Shown: positions 14,492 to 29,820, counted from the first letter of the stretch. The stretch is DNA of 64,000 nt from Eledone cirrhosa (GCA_964016885.1 OZ024749.1:7998001-8062000); one strand, 5' to 3'. A program made the numbers and translations. Notes: generated from the sequence alone by a model not told the origin.

Positions 14492-14980
14492 ATACTTTGG
14501 GAGGGTCATGTTGCCAATAAGAAACACACGCACCACCGCTTTCACTTCAATTTATTATAATAAATTTATAAATTTAGGAATTTCCAAATTTCCGGTGGGT
14601 TGGTTGGTTCCACAACCAAATGATTATTTATATTTTGTCAAAGTTCTTTCGTCACACATTCTGTGACCTCTTCAGTGACTGGGGATTCTTTTCTTTGTTT
14701 TTGTGCCTCTCCTTTGTTCTGTCCTACGCCATCTTGTTGTTGTGTGTGTTGTGTGCTTAGTTTACGCATGTGTTACATCCGGGTGTATGTGTGTGTTTAT
14801 ATTTGTTTATTTACATGTTACTGGTTGGTTGTTTGTTCTATGTGCGTGTGTGTTTTCATTTTGTCCTTAATTGTAAGTTGTGATGTTGCTGTTCCATTCA
14901 TGTTTTCTATTTAATTTTGGTTGGAGTTCATTTATGTTTATTGCCTCTGTGATTTGTCTAAACATTGCGTCTTTTTCAGA

Positions 14981-14985
<5 letters not shown>
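14485..14985 (-). mobile_element. Penelope-like pLTR and ORF end, same family as 10311
   Basis: High similarity to 10311-10830; encodes KDAMFRQITEAININELQPKLNRKHEW. Confidence 0.9.
14637..14680 (-). ncRNA. minimal type-I hammerhead ribozyme
   Basis: GTCA CTGAAGA GGTCACA..TGTGAC GAAA GAAC TT TGAC. Confidence 0.7.
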
Positions 14986-15055
<70 letters not shown>

Positions 15056-15169
15056 CATGTATGTATGTGAGGGTTTATTAGTGGAAAAAGGAGACAAGGA
15101 TTCTCTTGTTATTTCTCAAATAAAGGAACCATATTGTATTAAACGAACACACACATTCACATACATACA

Positions 15170-15244
<75 letters not shown>

Positions 15245-15599
15245 TATATATATATAAGCATTCACACAAAATGCTCTCATTGAAAATCTCCGAAGACATT
15301 AATATAAAGTAACAAGAAAAGGAATGCTGGCATTCGTGTAAAGATGGCACAGAGCTGAATATTAAGACTCCGACTGCCTGTGTGGTTTCGATGGTCTATG
15401 TAGAAAGCGAAGTTGAAAATAGCTGACCAACGGTGTGCTGCATTCTAAGGTGGACCTAGTCAATGTCCATCAGTACAGGAACCAATGAGTGTCTCTTCAA
15501 TGGTCACTCTGTTATCTTCATGCGGTAGAAAACTTTCCCGTAAATCTCAAATTAATTAAAGAAGGGTCCACTACTACACACTGTGTGGGAGGTGAAAGC

Positions 15600-15722
15600 C
15601 GATATAATTCTACCCCAGTAGATTACTGATACTTTATAAATCCCTTAAGGATGAAAGGCAAAGCTAACATCGGCGGGATTTGAACTCACAATGTAAAGAG
15701 CCATAACTGTACGCCACCACGC
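15600..15722 (-). mobile_element. partial SINE family 1
   Basis: taaggatgaaaggcaaagctaacatcggcgggatttgaactca matches the 12421 copy. Confidence 0.75.
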
Positions 15723-15828
15723 ATATATATATAAATATGGGAATTAAGCCACGGGGGAAATGAAGGGAGGAAGGGATGGACGGACTCTCAACCTCAGTTA
15801 GTGTGGTGGTTCTGCATACCCCCCAGAT

Positions 15829-18405
15829 AGACTGGTGAAGACATTGTCACGGCGAATGACCAGCGACACCCGCTGGAACAGACTGGTAAAGACATTGCCA
15901 CGGCGAATGACCAGCGACACCCGCTGGAACAAACTGGTGAAGACATTGCCACGGCGAATGACCAGCGACACCCGCTGGAACAAACTGGTAAAGACATTGC
16001 CACGGCGAATGACCAGCGACACCCGCTGGAACAAACTGGTAAAGACATTGCCACGGCGAATGACCAGCGACAACCGCTGGAACAGACTGGCGAAGACATT
16101 GCCACGGCGAATGACCAGCGACACCCGCTGGAACAAACTGGTGAAGACATTGGCACAGTGTATGACCAGCGACATCCGCTGGAACAGACTGGCGAAGACA
16201 TTGGCACGGCGAATGACCAGCGACACCCGCTGGAACAGACTGGTGAAGACATTGCCACGGCGAATGACCAGCGACAACCGCTGGAACAGACTGGTAAAGA
16301 CATTGCCACGGCGAATGACCAGCGACAACCGCTGGAACAGACTGGTAAAGACATTGGCACGGCGAATGACCAGCGACAACCGCTGGAACAGACTGGTAAA
16401 GACATTGCCACGGCGAATGACCAGCGACACCCGCTGGAACAAACTGGTGAAGACATTGCCACGGCGAATGACCAGCGACACCCGCTGGAACAAACTGGTG
16501 AAGACATTGCCACGGCGAATGACCAGCGACATCCGCTGGAACAGACTGGCGAAGACATTGCCACGGCGAATGACCAGCGACACCCGCTGGTACAGACTGG
16601 TGAAGACATTGCCACGGCGAATGACCAGCGACATCCGCTGGAACAGACTGGCGAAGACATTGCCACGGCGAATGACCAGCGACACCCGCTGGAACAGACT
16701 GGTAAAGACATTGCCACGGCGAATGACCAGCGACAACCGCTGGAACAGACTGGTAAAGACATTGCCACGGCGAATGACCAGCGACACCCGCTGGAACAAA
16801 CTGGTGAAGACATTGCCACGGCGAATGACCAGCGGCACCCGCTGGAACAAACTGGTGAAGACATTGCCACGGCGAATGACCAGCGACATCCGCTGGAACA
16901 GACTGGCGAAGACATTGCCACGGCGAATGACCAGCGACACCCGCTGGAACAAACTGGTGAAGACATTGGCACGGTGTATGACCAGCGACATCCGCTGGAA
17001 CAGACTGGCGAAGACATTGGCACGGCGAATGACCAGCGACACCCGCTGGAACAGACTGGTGAAGACATTGCCACGGCGAATGACCAGCGACATCCGCTGG
17101 AACAGACTGGCGAAGACATTGCCACGGCGAATGACCAGCGACACCCGCTGGAACAAACTGGTGAAGACATTGGCACGGTGTATGACCAGCGACATCCGCT
17201 GGAACAGACTGGCGAAGACATTGCCACGGCGAATGACCAGCGACACCCGCTGGAACAGACTGGTGAAGACATTGCCACGGCGAATGACCAGCGACACCCG
17301 CTGGAACAAACTGGCGAAGACATTGCCACGGCGAATGACCAGCGACATCCGCTGGAACAGACTGGTGAAGACATTGCCACGGCGAATGACCAGCGACACC
17401 CGCTGGAACAAACTGGTGAAGACATTGGCACGGTGTATGACCAGCGACATCCGCTGGAACAGACTGGCGAAGACATTGCCACGGCGAATGACCAGCGACA
17501 CCCGCTGGAACAAACTGGCGAAGACATTGCCACGGCGAATGACCAGCGACACCCGCTGGAACAGACTGGCGAAGACATTGCCACGGCGAATGACCAGCGA
17601 CACCCGCTGGAACAAACTGGCGAAGACATTGCCACGGCGAATGACCAGCGACACCCGCTGGAACAAACTGGCGAAGACATTGCCACGGCGAATGACCAGC
17701 GACACCCGCTGGAACAGACTGGTGAAGACATTGCCACGGTGTATGACCAGCGACATCCGCTGGAACAGACTGGCGAAGACATTGGCACGGCGAATGACCA
17801 GCGACACCCGCTGGAACAGACTAGCGAAGACATTGCCACGGTGAATGACCAGCGACACCCGCTGGAACAGACTGGTGAAGACATTGCCACGGCGAATGAC
17901 CAGCGACACCCGCTGGAACAGACTGGTGAAGACATTGCCATGGCGAATGACCAGCGACACCCGCTGGAACAGACTGGTGAAGACATTGCCACGGCGAATG
18001 ACCAGCGACACCCGCTGGAACAGACTGGTGAAGACATTGCCACGGCGAATGACCAGCGACACCCGCTGGAACAGACTGGTGAAGACATTGCCACGGCGAA
18101 TGACCAGCGACACCCGCTGGAACAGACTGGCGAAGACATTGCCACGGCGAATGACCAGCGACATCCGCTGGAACAGACTGGTGAAGACATTGCCACGGCG
18201 AATGACCAGCGACACCCGCTGGAACAGACTGGCGAAGACATTGCCACGGCGAATGACCAGCGACATCCGCTGGAACAGACCAACGAAGACATTGCCACGG
18301 CGAATGACCAGCGACACCCGCTGGAACAGACCAACGAAGACATTGCCACGGCGAATGACCAGCGACATCCGCTGGAACAGACTGGCGAAGACATTGGCAC
18401 GGAGA
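15829..18405. repeat. 51-bp GC-rich minisatellite, about 50 copies
   Basis: Unit actggtgaagacattgccacggcgaatgaccagcgacacccgctggaacag, highly homogeneous. Confidence 0.98.
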
Positions 18406-19075
18406 CATGTCCACAATACAGCCACCCAACCTGATGGAGTTTCTTCTTCAGGCGGAGGACTGTCTTTCCGAGTTTGCGGAGGAAGTCAGTAGTAAGAGCT
18501 TCGATGATAATTCTACCAGATTTAGAATGCTGTACTACAATAGGAAGCTACCAAGCAGTGGGCTACAGAAGCTAATATCAGATTAATTCAGAGATTCCTA
18601 TCAATGTATAACAAAGCTATATGGCGTAAATAATTTTCGGCATGGAACATGTTAAAGGATTATAGAGGAAATGAAACGATTCTAGGGTTAAAAGAAATCT
18701 CTCCCCAATTAATTAGTTCTATCTTCTCTCACAACAGGCTAGCTTGATTTCTACCATATCTTCCATTTGACCTATATTTAAGTGAAATATGATCTATATC
18801 TCTCACTTGACGTTAGTCTTATTCCACCGGTTACATTAACTCTTCTCACTTGAAACAATTTAGCCGAGGCCAATGTGTGACAAGAATTCCAACCAACTCT
18901 CATGTTTTATATATATTTGCATATGCATATAAATATATATATATATATATGCATATACATGTCTATAACTATATATATATAAAAATATGTATATGTATAT
19001 ACGAATATATATATATATATACATACTTATATATATATATATATATATACGAATATATATATATATATACATACT

Positions 19076-19114
<39 letters not shown>

Positions 19115-19131
19115 GAATATATATATACATA

Positions 19132-19188
<57 letters not shown>

Positions 19189-19206
19189 ATATATACGAAT
19201 ATATAC

Positions 19207-19258
<52 letters not shown>

Positions 19259-19354
19259 GAATATATATATATACATATTTATATATAAATATATATATAT
19301 ATATAAATATATACGAATATATATATATATACATACTTATATATATATATATAC

Positions 19355-19388
<34 letters not shown>

Positions 19389-19493
19389 ATATATATAAAT
19401 ATATAAATATATAAATATATAAATATCTCTGCATATATATGGACGTATATACATATAAATACGTGTATATATATTTATATATAAAACTATATA

Positions 19494-19555
<62 letters not shown>

Positions 19556-19867
19556 CGGATTCCTGTTTGTATGCGTATATGTAGGTCTATATATATACAA
19601 GCACAATACACAGTCCCTATTTGACATGTTAATATCTCATCTTAAGTATGGTCACGGAATTATTATATTATGTGAATGCTACAGATATACAATAGGTTGA
19701 ATCAATTATTGATTTATTATGCTCGATAAACTGATCGATAACTATGTGAAGTAACAATAGGGATTTTGAGGCTGAGTTGGTGAACTATAAGTTATATACA
19801 TATAGAATATATATATAGAGAGAATATATATATATATATGTATAGTGAGAGAGAGAGAGAATATATT

Positions 19868-19944
<77 letters not shown>

Positions 19945-19971
19945 ATATATATATATATATATGTATGTTTG

Positions 19972-20012
<41 letters not shown>

Positions 20013-20053
20013 ATATGTATGTATGTATATGTGCATATATATATTTATATGTG

Positions 20054-20112
<59 letters not shown>

Positions 20113-20236
20113 GTGTGTATATATATATATATATACACGTATTTATATATATATATATATATACACGTATATATATATATATATATATACACGTATATAT
20201 ATATATATATATATACACGTATATATATATATATAA

Positions 20237-20282
<46 letters not shown>

Positions 20283-20847
20283 GTATATGTATGCGATGTC
20301 TTCTTTTGTGAATGTTTGTCTGCAGAACATATAACAATAGAATTCATGTATTTTTCAACTGTGATTTGTGTTTAGAGGCGCTCAACATTCTTCCATACAT
20401 CGATATACACCTATATATACACACCTATATATATATATATACACACACATATATATGTATATATGTATGTATATATATATTAGATGTATGTTCATGTATA
20501 CATACACACATATATATATATATATATCCTTACATATATAAGTCAACAGAATTCTCTGAACAGTAGTCATGGGTGGGAATCTAACACAGAAAACAAAAAC
20601 ACATTACCCCTTGCTTCTCACCTACTCTCATCATTTGCCATCTTGAATCTGCAACATTCTGTTTACACACCTTTCCAACAGCCATCACTCTATTTACCCC
20701 TATACCTCTGCCTTCTGGATTTAAGTTATAGCAGCATGAACGTCAATGGTAATTGATGGTTTGATTCTCTTCATGTTAAATGTGTGTTTTATTTGCTTGT
20801 CCGATGGATTGTAGGTTCACATTAATTCTATAGAGATACACTCATGG

Positions 20848-20892
<45 letters not shown>

Positions 20893-20898
<6 letters not shown>

Positions 20899-21196
20899 TG
20901 TAATAAACAACATAAGGCAATTATTCCATTTACCAGTGGTTTCTTAAAGGCAAAAAATTTGCTTTCAATCCTCAGAATGAAAAAATCGTGGTCTATTTAT
21001 TGAATTTGGATTTTTTCCAAATTCAATAAACAGACCAGGATTTTTTCATTCTGAGGATTGAAAACAAAATTTTTTGCTTTTAAGAAACCACTGGTAAATG
21101 GAATAATTGCCTTATGTTGTTTATTACATAACTATTAAGCTCTGTTACCTACATAGAGCACTCTTTTTTCCTGGACTTTTCCGACGGAATTATTTC

Positions 21197-21200
<4 letters not shown>
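20893..21200. mobile_element. fold-back insertion in (TA)n (~120-bp arms plus one-sided extension)
   Basis: Palindrome centred near 21013 (gaatttgga..tccaaattc); extension 21135-21200 resembles the reverse complement of 26957-27005. Confidence 0.75.
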
Positions 21201-21690
<490 letters not shown>

Positions 21691-21749
21691 TTCATATATA
21701 CAAGCATGTGCAAACATAGACAGGAATATGTATATGTATATATTTATTC

Positions 21750-21792
<43 letters not shown>

Positions 21793-21906
21793 AAAAATAG
21801 AGGTGTGACAAACGAGTTGTGATATATTGTAAAAAGGAAAAGAAAATGCTGACAAATTTTTCCTAGTGAAAAATAGTTTAATTAGGAATAAGTAAAAATA
21901 AATAAT

Positions 21907-22091
21907 TGTTTCTACTTTAGGCACAAGGCCAGCAATTACTCAGTTCATTACTGGTACTTTATTTTATCGACCCCGTAAGGATGAAGGGCAAAGTTAACCT
22001 CGGCGGGACTTAAACTCAGATCGTAAAGGGACGTAACTATGCTGGAAAGCATGGCGTCCGACCCTCTACCGATACTGCCAATCCACCGCCC
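21907..22091 (-). mobile_element. tRNA-derived SINE, family 1, with 18-bp TSD
   Basis: Same body as 12429; TSD taagtaaaaataaataat at 21889-21906 and 22092-22109. Confidence 0.9.
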
Positions 22092-22142
22092 TAAGTAAAA
22101 ATAAATAATAAGTATTAGTTAGTATTCAGTTTTAGTTTTAAG

Positions 22143-22180
22143 TTTTTACCGGTTCCGCATTTCTTATGCTTTTCAAAAAT
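22143..22180 (-). ncRNA. hammerhead-like motif, U3:A8 core (diverged copy)
   Basis: TTT TTGAAAA GCAT AAGAA ATGC GGAA CCGG TA AAAA; GAAA is mutated to GGAA; homologous to 29353-29390. Confidence 0.5.
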
Positions 22181-22358
22181 AATTCTGAGATAGAGTGCTC
22201 GTGATTTTCGCAAAAATCCCGAGCACTCAATCTCAAAATTATTTTGGGTTCTGTACTGAACACCCTCTAGATTTTTTTTCCCTTGAGAAGCCCTATTCAA
22301 GGTGCTTGTGTATAAACATGTTCTAACAGTCTATATTCACCTTTGTAATCCTTTCATT

Positions 22359-22392
<34 letters not shown>

Positions 22393-22393
<1 letters not shown>

Positions 22394-22810
22394 ATCACAT
22401 AAGAAACGGAGAATCAGTGGTGCGACGAGTTAAAATTTATTAGACATATTAAAATCGTTTCTCTGGCGACCAGCTCGAGGCACGATCGATGCAATGATCG
22501 AACCTGACTCTGAAATGGCAAGATTCTCAGATACGTCTCGATACTTCGAAGCAGAGTTTCCAAATGCCCAGTTACTCCCGCGGCCTTCGCTCGCCAGCTT
22601 AAATCCTGTTGTTGTCTGTCGATGAGTGGCCAAGAATTGTACACATCATCGGTATTTTTGACCACCCACGGCCGTCATTTATCTGGTTCCTTTCATATGC
22701 CCCCTGTCAATCAAAGATGTTTCTTATATCGGAATTAATACTGTAGGAGGTAAGGGGTTGTATGATTGAAACGCTCGTGCCATGTCGGTGACCCAGCAGG
22801 GCTGCAGCCT
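22393..22810 (-). mobile_element. diverged copy of the long-stem-II hammerhead element family
   Basis: Reverse complement aligns by eye with 26340-26755 and 57165-57310 (cgtgcctcgagctggtcg, tgtacaattctt..ccactcat). Confidence 0.7.
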
Positions 22811-22997
22811 TTCGGCCGGCACACATATTAAAATAATATGTTATATATGATAATATATATGCTATATAATATATGACACCTTCTACTGCATCTGATGGAG
22901 TTGGCTAGATGGCACTAGACACCAGCTTCCAAAATTCATAGCTAAAAGCCTTCAAATGTTTATTTGTAAACATACCGTATATCATTAGACATACAAT

Positions 22998-23450
22998 CAT
23001 CATCATCACTCGGCGACTACTGTCGAGATGATGGATCTCACTCTCATGCTCTAGAATCCCCTGTCCCCCATCGCTGCCCCCAGTTCCTGTCTGCTGATTC
23101 CCGTATCCCTAGAGATAACGTCAGGGAATGACAGCTTCCTACTCCTAGTCAGGCTGGGTTCCAGAGCAAGAGAACGGATATGATTTCATACAAAATACAC
23201 ATGCTTATATGTATGCAGCTATATCAGACCCAAAACCTTAAATTCTATTTTCAGGCCGTGTCGGTCGACAGCTCAATATGCAAATGAGGCTAATCAGCCA
23301 ATTCACCTAGGCCTTAAAACTATTTTTTTTTCGCGTATATTGAATTCCAGTAGATAGCAGGGTCAGCGGAGACTTGCCTTGATAACGGTCATCAGCTAGA
23401 AACGATCGTCAGTAGTTACCCTCTCCTGCTTATGGTGGAATCCGCTACTT
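22998..23450 (-). mobile_element. internally deleted RTE-like element with (GAT)n tail between ~70-bp direct repeats
   Basis: catcatcatc tail at 22998; minus-strand remnant LSFPDVISRDTGISRQELGAAMGDR; direct repeats at 22927-22997 and 23450-23520. Confidence 0.5.
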
Positions 23451-23748
23451 TTCAAGATTCATAGCTAAAGTCCTTCAAATGTTTATTTATGAACATACCG
23501 TATATCATTAGTTATACAAAATACACATACTGGTGTGTATGAGAACAACACGTGACACGAGCAGTGTATTTGACTAACAAGAAATATATATAAAGTAAAT
23601 TCTTTGGATTCTAGTCCTTCGTCTGATAGGAGTGCAGGAAAAGAGGAAATGTGTTTTCTACCGCAGATGAAGGCGGAAATACGAGGTAATAACTAAAATT
23701 AACTAGAAAGAAGATTATTTAGGAAAACACATGTATGTTAATGGCAAC

Positions 23749-23834
<86 letters not shown>

Positions 23835-24166
23835 GGGTGAGTGATGTTGAATGTAAGTGTGAGGATATATAACAATATATATATACACACAAATGTGGGT
23901 GAGCATGTGTATATCTCAAATATTTGAAAGATTAAATTTTGATATAAAAACTATCTGATGTATGTAAAATATTCACATGAATGCTTGAATGATAAATTGT
24001 ATGAGAGAAAAAAATAGATTTGTTTAAGTATTTCATCAGCCGAAAAAATTCTCATAAAAAATATTTAGATACCAATTTCTTATGTGAGATTAATGAAACG
24101 TAATGTATCAATGCCAAACACAATGAATACTATATGTAGGCTATGTATATATGTATATATATATTT

Positions 24167-24385
24167 GTGAAGGCGAGTGGCTGAGTGGTTAGAGAATTGG
24201 ATTCACAATATTGAGGCTGTGAGTTCGATTCCTGGACCGGGCGATGCGTTATGTCCTTGAGCAAGACACGCTATTTCACGTTGCTCCTTTTACCTAGAGT
24301 TGCGACCGATAGATAGTACTAGCAATTATAAAGACTAATGGAATCAGTGTTTCCTCGGTTCGATTTGACGAAAGTCGATCGATCA
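24167..24385 (+). mobile_element. tRNA-derived SINE, family 2
   Basis: A box TGGCTGAGTGG, B box GAGTTCGATTCC, core tgtccttgagcaagacac; close to 51400-51615. Confidence 0.88.
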
Positions 24386-24414
24386 TATATATATATATAT
24401 ATATACATATATAT

Positions 24415-24501
24415 ATAACGAAGGAGTTGTGGTAAGAAACCAGATGGACCATAAATAGCCGTCGAAACGGCTTGAGCTCTGCTGCCGGGGTCATACATTT
24501 T

Positions 24502-24505
<4 letters not shown>
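24415..24505. mobile_element. hairpin family A fragment
   Basis: tgtggtaagaaaccagatggaccataa...gccgtcgaaacggcttgagctc shared with 2575 and 57375. Confidence 0.7.
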
Positions 24506-24553
<48 letters not shown>

Positions 24554-24748
24554 GGTTTGAGGTTCACCACTGTATAGAGCTGGTCTATTCCGTATGGTCA
24601 ATCGTAATGCAATAATATAGTATAATAAACCTTTCAAGGATTTACACAAATCCAGCCTCCTGTCATTTCATTATATATATATATATATATATATAAGGGA
24701 TAACAAAATATCGTTATCGGTAATCCAGTTAGAGGTTGTGAATACTCC

Positions 24749-24827
24749 GTATTGTGGATGATCTGGTTAAGCTAACATCGCATTTAACATTTTTAGACAA
24801 CTTAATCAGTGAAACAATTGTTAATAC
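24749..24827 (+). ncRNA. degenerate minimal hammerhead
   Basis: GTATT [GTGGATGA] TCTGGTTAAG...CTTAATCAGT GAAA CAATTG TT AATAC; stems I, II and palindromic III intact but core altered. Confidence 0.45.
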
Positions 24828-25185
24828 TGTAAATAAATAAAACCCTTTTTTGTACTGTTGACCATGAAAATCTTCACTCTTTCTTCTTCACTCTCTCTCT
24901 ATATATATATGGGGGGTGGGGGTGCTGTTGAATGGAGAGAGAGAGGGAGATAAAGATTGGGAGTTACGAGTTTAGGTTCGTATGGCCATGTTCATATTAG
25001 TACTCGATACTTGAGATTGTAGAGTGGATATATAGTAAAAAGTGTTGGCCAGACGGCTGATACGTTGTGAGCTAAGAGGTTGGCACTAATCATTTACTAT
25101 ATTTAAGCTTTCTTTTTAAAAAAGTTTTAAAAAAAAACGCTCTTGCTACAGGTTCTTTCTTTTCTTTTTTCTTTTCTTTTTGAAA

Positions 25186-26110
25186 TGTGTATGGTGGAGT
25201 GTATCCTACTAATGTTACACTAAATATGTATGGTGGAGTCTATCCTAAGGCTGTGTCCTACTAATGTTACACTAAATATGTATGGTGGAGTGTATCCTAA
25301 GGCTGTATCCTACTAATGTTACACTAAATATGTATGGTGGAGTGTATCCTAAGGCTGTATCCTACTAATGTTACACTAAATATGTATGGTGGAGTCTATC
25401 CTAAGGCTGTGTCCTACTAATGTTACACTAAATATGTATGGTGGAGTGTATCCTAAGGCTGTATCCTACTAATGTTACACTAAATATGTATGGTGGAGTG
25501 TATCCTAAGGCTGTATCCTACTAATGTTACACTAAATATGTATGGTGGAGTCTATCCTAAGGCTGTGTCCTACTAATGTTACACTAAATATGTATGGTGG
25601 AGTGTATCCTAAGGCTGTATCCTACTAATGTTACACTAAATATGTATGGTGGAGTGTATCCTAAGGCTGTATCCTACTAATGTTACACTAAATATGTATG
25701 GTGGAGTGTATCCTAAGGCTGTATCCTACTAATGTTACACTAAATATGTATGGTGGAGTGTCTCCTAAGGCTGTATCCTACTAATGTTACACTAAATATG
25801 TATGGTGGAGTGTATCCTAAGGCTGTATCCTACTAATGTTACACTAAATATGTATGGTGGAGTGTATCCTAAGGCTGTATCCTACTAATGTTACACTAAA
25901 TATGTATGGTGGAGTGCATCCTAAGGCTGTATCCTACTAATGTTACACTAAATATGTATGGTGGAGTGTCTCCTAAGGCTGTATCCTACTAATGTTACAC
26001 TAAATATGTATGGTGGAGTGTATCCTAAGGCTGTATCCTGCTAATGTTACGCTAAATATGTATGGCGGAGTGTATCCTAAGGCTGTGTCCTACAAATGTT
26101 ATGCTAAATA
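25186..26110. repeat. 52-bp minisatellite, about 17 copies
   Basis: Unit atgtatggtggagtgtatcctaaggctgtatcctactaatgttacactaaat at 25226, 25278, ... Confidence 0.97.
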
Positions 26111-26152
26111 ACCCCATGATTGTTTTGTCTTGTTTTTTAAAACATTATTTAT

Positions 26153-26288
26153 AACGGCCCTTGCCATTCTGAGTTCAAATTCCGCCGAGGTTAACTTTGC
26201 CTTTCATCCTTACGGGGTAGATAAAATAAAGTACCAGTAATACACTGAGAAATTGCTGGCCTTGTGCCTAAAGTAGAAACAATTATTT
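26153..26288 (+). mobile_element. 5'-truncated SINE family 1
   Basis: ctgagttcaaattccgccgaggttaactttgcctttcatccttacgggg...tagaaacaattatt. Confidence 0.88.
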
Positions 26289-26614
26289 ATGATGAATGCC
26301 GCATACAGCATAATTGCGGGTGTGTACTTGACCGATGTAGACTAAGGCCCCTAGGGGCAATTAAAACGTCGAAGTGATGCCAGCCGGTCAAGATTACAGC
26401 CCACCACAGTAGTAATTCTGATACATGAAGACATTTTGATTGACAGGTGGAGGACGAGAGGAAGCAAGAAGTGACCAACTATGAGTGGCTAGAAATACTG
26501 GTGACGTGTACAATTCTTGACCACTCATGGAATCACAACAACAGGATATAAATCAACAAACGAAGAAATTCGATGTTAAAAGACTATAGGAAAATCTGCT
26601 TTGAAGAATCGAGA

Positions 26615-26705
26615 CGTATCTGACGACGTGTTGATTTCAGAGTCAGGTGTGATCACCATATCAATCGTGCCTCGAGCTGGTCGACCGAGAAACATTTGTA
26701 ATATG
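26615..26705 (+). ncRNA. type-I hammerhead with extended (~60 nt) stem II
   Basis: CGTAT CTGACGA [long stem II] GAAA CATTTG TA ATATG, followed by AATAAA. Confidence 0.65.
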
Positions 26706-26754
26706 TCCAATAAATTCCTTTCGTCGCAACACTGATTCTCTTTTTTCTGTGATT

Positions 26755-26826
<72 letters not shown>

Positions 26827-26833
26827 CGTGCGC

Positions 26834-26956
<123 letters not shown>

Positions 26957-27084
26957 AGATAATTCCGAAGGAAAAGCAAAGGATAAAAGAGTGCTCTATG
27001 TATAGAAGAGAACTATTTAATTAGAAAGTGAAGAACACAAAATATAACTACTCTATATATATATATATATATATATATAGTAAT

Positions 27085-28318
<1,234 letters not shown>

Positions 28319-28440
28319 ATAAGGAGTTGACGGACCCACCATTTTTATCAATGGCAGGACCGGTTGTATCTCAGCGTACTCCATGGGCAATGTAAGATAC
28401 ACTCCCAGAGTATACACATAGTTATTCGGTTCAATACATA

Positions 28441-28496
<56 letters not shown>

Positions 28497-28979
28497 AAAT
28501 GGGGAGAAGAATATATATATATCCCCTCTGTCAGTTACACTTTCTCTCGACTGAGCTCTTCCTCACACTTCCACTCACTCACTCTCTGTTTCTCCCCTTC
28601 TCACTTCCTCCCGTTCGTTAGTAGTGGGGTTCCTTCATTCTCACACCTCATTCACGGCGTACGGTCTGTTTTTCTGACCGCTCATGAAATTCACCCAGCT
28701 TATGCTGAACGGATAACCATGTTGCTTGCTGTTTTCCGACCTTTGGTTTGCTTTTCTTTCTTGTTGTTTACATGTCTCACTCGCTTTACGCGATTCACTT
28801 GTCCCAATAGCTTATTTTAGTTATTGCTCGCACCAACCTGAGATATCTGATTTTTAATGCGATGAAATACCAATGATGGTTGGCAAATCACTGATGAGGG
28901 ACTGATTTTATAATATGTAACCCATGTGCAACCACGCAGTATTCCTCTAACCTTGTTTTTCATATATATATATATATAT

Positions 28980-29459
28980 TAGAAAGTGAGGTTTTTTTTA
29001 CAAAATGAAAAATAACCGAAGTCTCCTACACGAGTGAAAGTATAAAGAAAAAGAGATGAAATCGAAAATGCAACTGGAGTCTTATTTTTTTTTTAAATAT
29101 ATATATTTATTTGGTTCCTTTACCGGTTTCGCAGTTCTTCTGCTTTTCAAAAGGTGAGTTGAGATGGAGGGTCTGTGGTTTTTCTCACACCTGGTTGGTC
29201 TCTGAATGTTACTTGTTTTATATGGAAAAAGTGGCTCGAAATGCCACGTTTTTCGAGAAGTAATTTGATTGGTTTGTCAATAATTATAATAAATTTCGCG
29301 CCAGTTCGCGTTACAATAGTTCTTCAAACCACAGACCCTCCATCTCAACTCACCTTTTGAAAAGCAGAAGAACTGCGAAACCGGTAAAGGAACCAAATAA
29401 TTATATATATTTTTTAAAAAAATAAGACACCAGTTGCATTTTCGATTTCATCTGTTTTT

Positions 29460-29466
<7 letters not shown>
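28980..29466. mobile_element. hammerhead-bearing fold-back insertion (~140-bp arms)
   Basis: 29041-29181 is inverted to 29326-29466; extension 28980-29040; flanked by (TA)n. Confidence 0.85.
29353..29390 (+). ncRNA. minimal hammerhead with U3:A8 core (mirror copy at 29117-29154, minus)
   Basis: CCTT TTGAAAA GCAG AAGAA CTGC GAAA CCGG TA AAGG. Confidence 0.7.
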
Positions 29467-29498
<32 letters not shown>

Positions 29499-29732
29499 TT
29501 AGAAACACACAGATACATGCGGACACACACATATATACATGAATGCATCCGCACCCAACTGTGAGTTAAGGGTGCCAACTTCACCGATGTTGCTCAATGA
29601 ATGACCGGGACAGACCAATTCAGTTGAACCAGACTGAACCAGTATCAGAGTTAAAAATACATTATGAAGAGAGAAGAAACATTTAGATATAATTAGTAAT
29701 AAAATGTATCATACCTAAACTGCTCCTAAATT

Positions 29733-29820
29733 CCTCGACTACGTAGTTTCGTGGCATAAACAAAAACAATATATCATAAAGATATAGAGTCCCTGCGAGG
29801 TCTGCCGACTTATCAAGAGG
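29733..29820 (-). ncRNA. type-I hammerhead, U3:A8 core, unit 1
   Basis: CCTC TTGATAA GTCGGCA...TGCCAC GAAA CTACGTAG TC GAGG (GUC cleavage triplet). Confidence 0.78.

Noticed and set aside
15794-18425. Minus-strand 868-aa and 875-aa ORFs and the + strand KTLPRRMTSD frame
   Set aside because: A stop-free 51-bp unit leaves several frames open; the common variants are not preferentially synonymous in these frames
24167-24245. tRNA gene candidates at A/B-box heads (also 51400, 58690, 63070)
   Set aside because: No complete cloverleaf evident and each continues into a multi-copy SINE body
25186-26110. CRISPR-like regular repeats (also 7597-8170, 32500-33240, 60962-63048)
   Set aside because: No unique spacers, no cas genes, eukaryotic context; ordinary minisatellites
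28885-28950. CTGATGA followed by a GGGACTG...CAGTATTCC stem
   Set aside because: No GAAA or cleavage triplet follows; at best a dead hammerhead remnant
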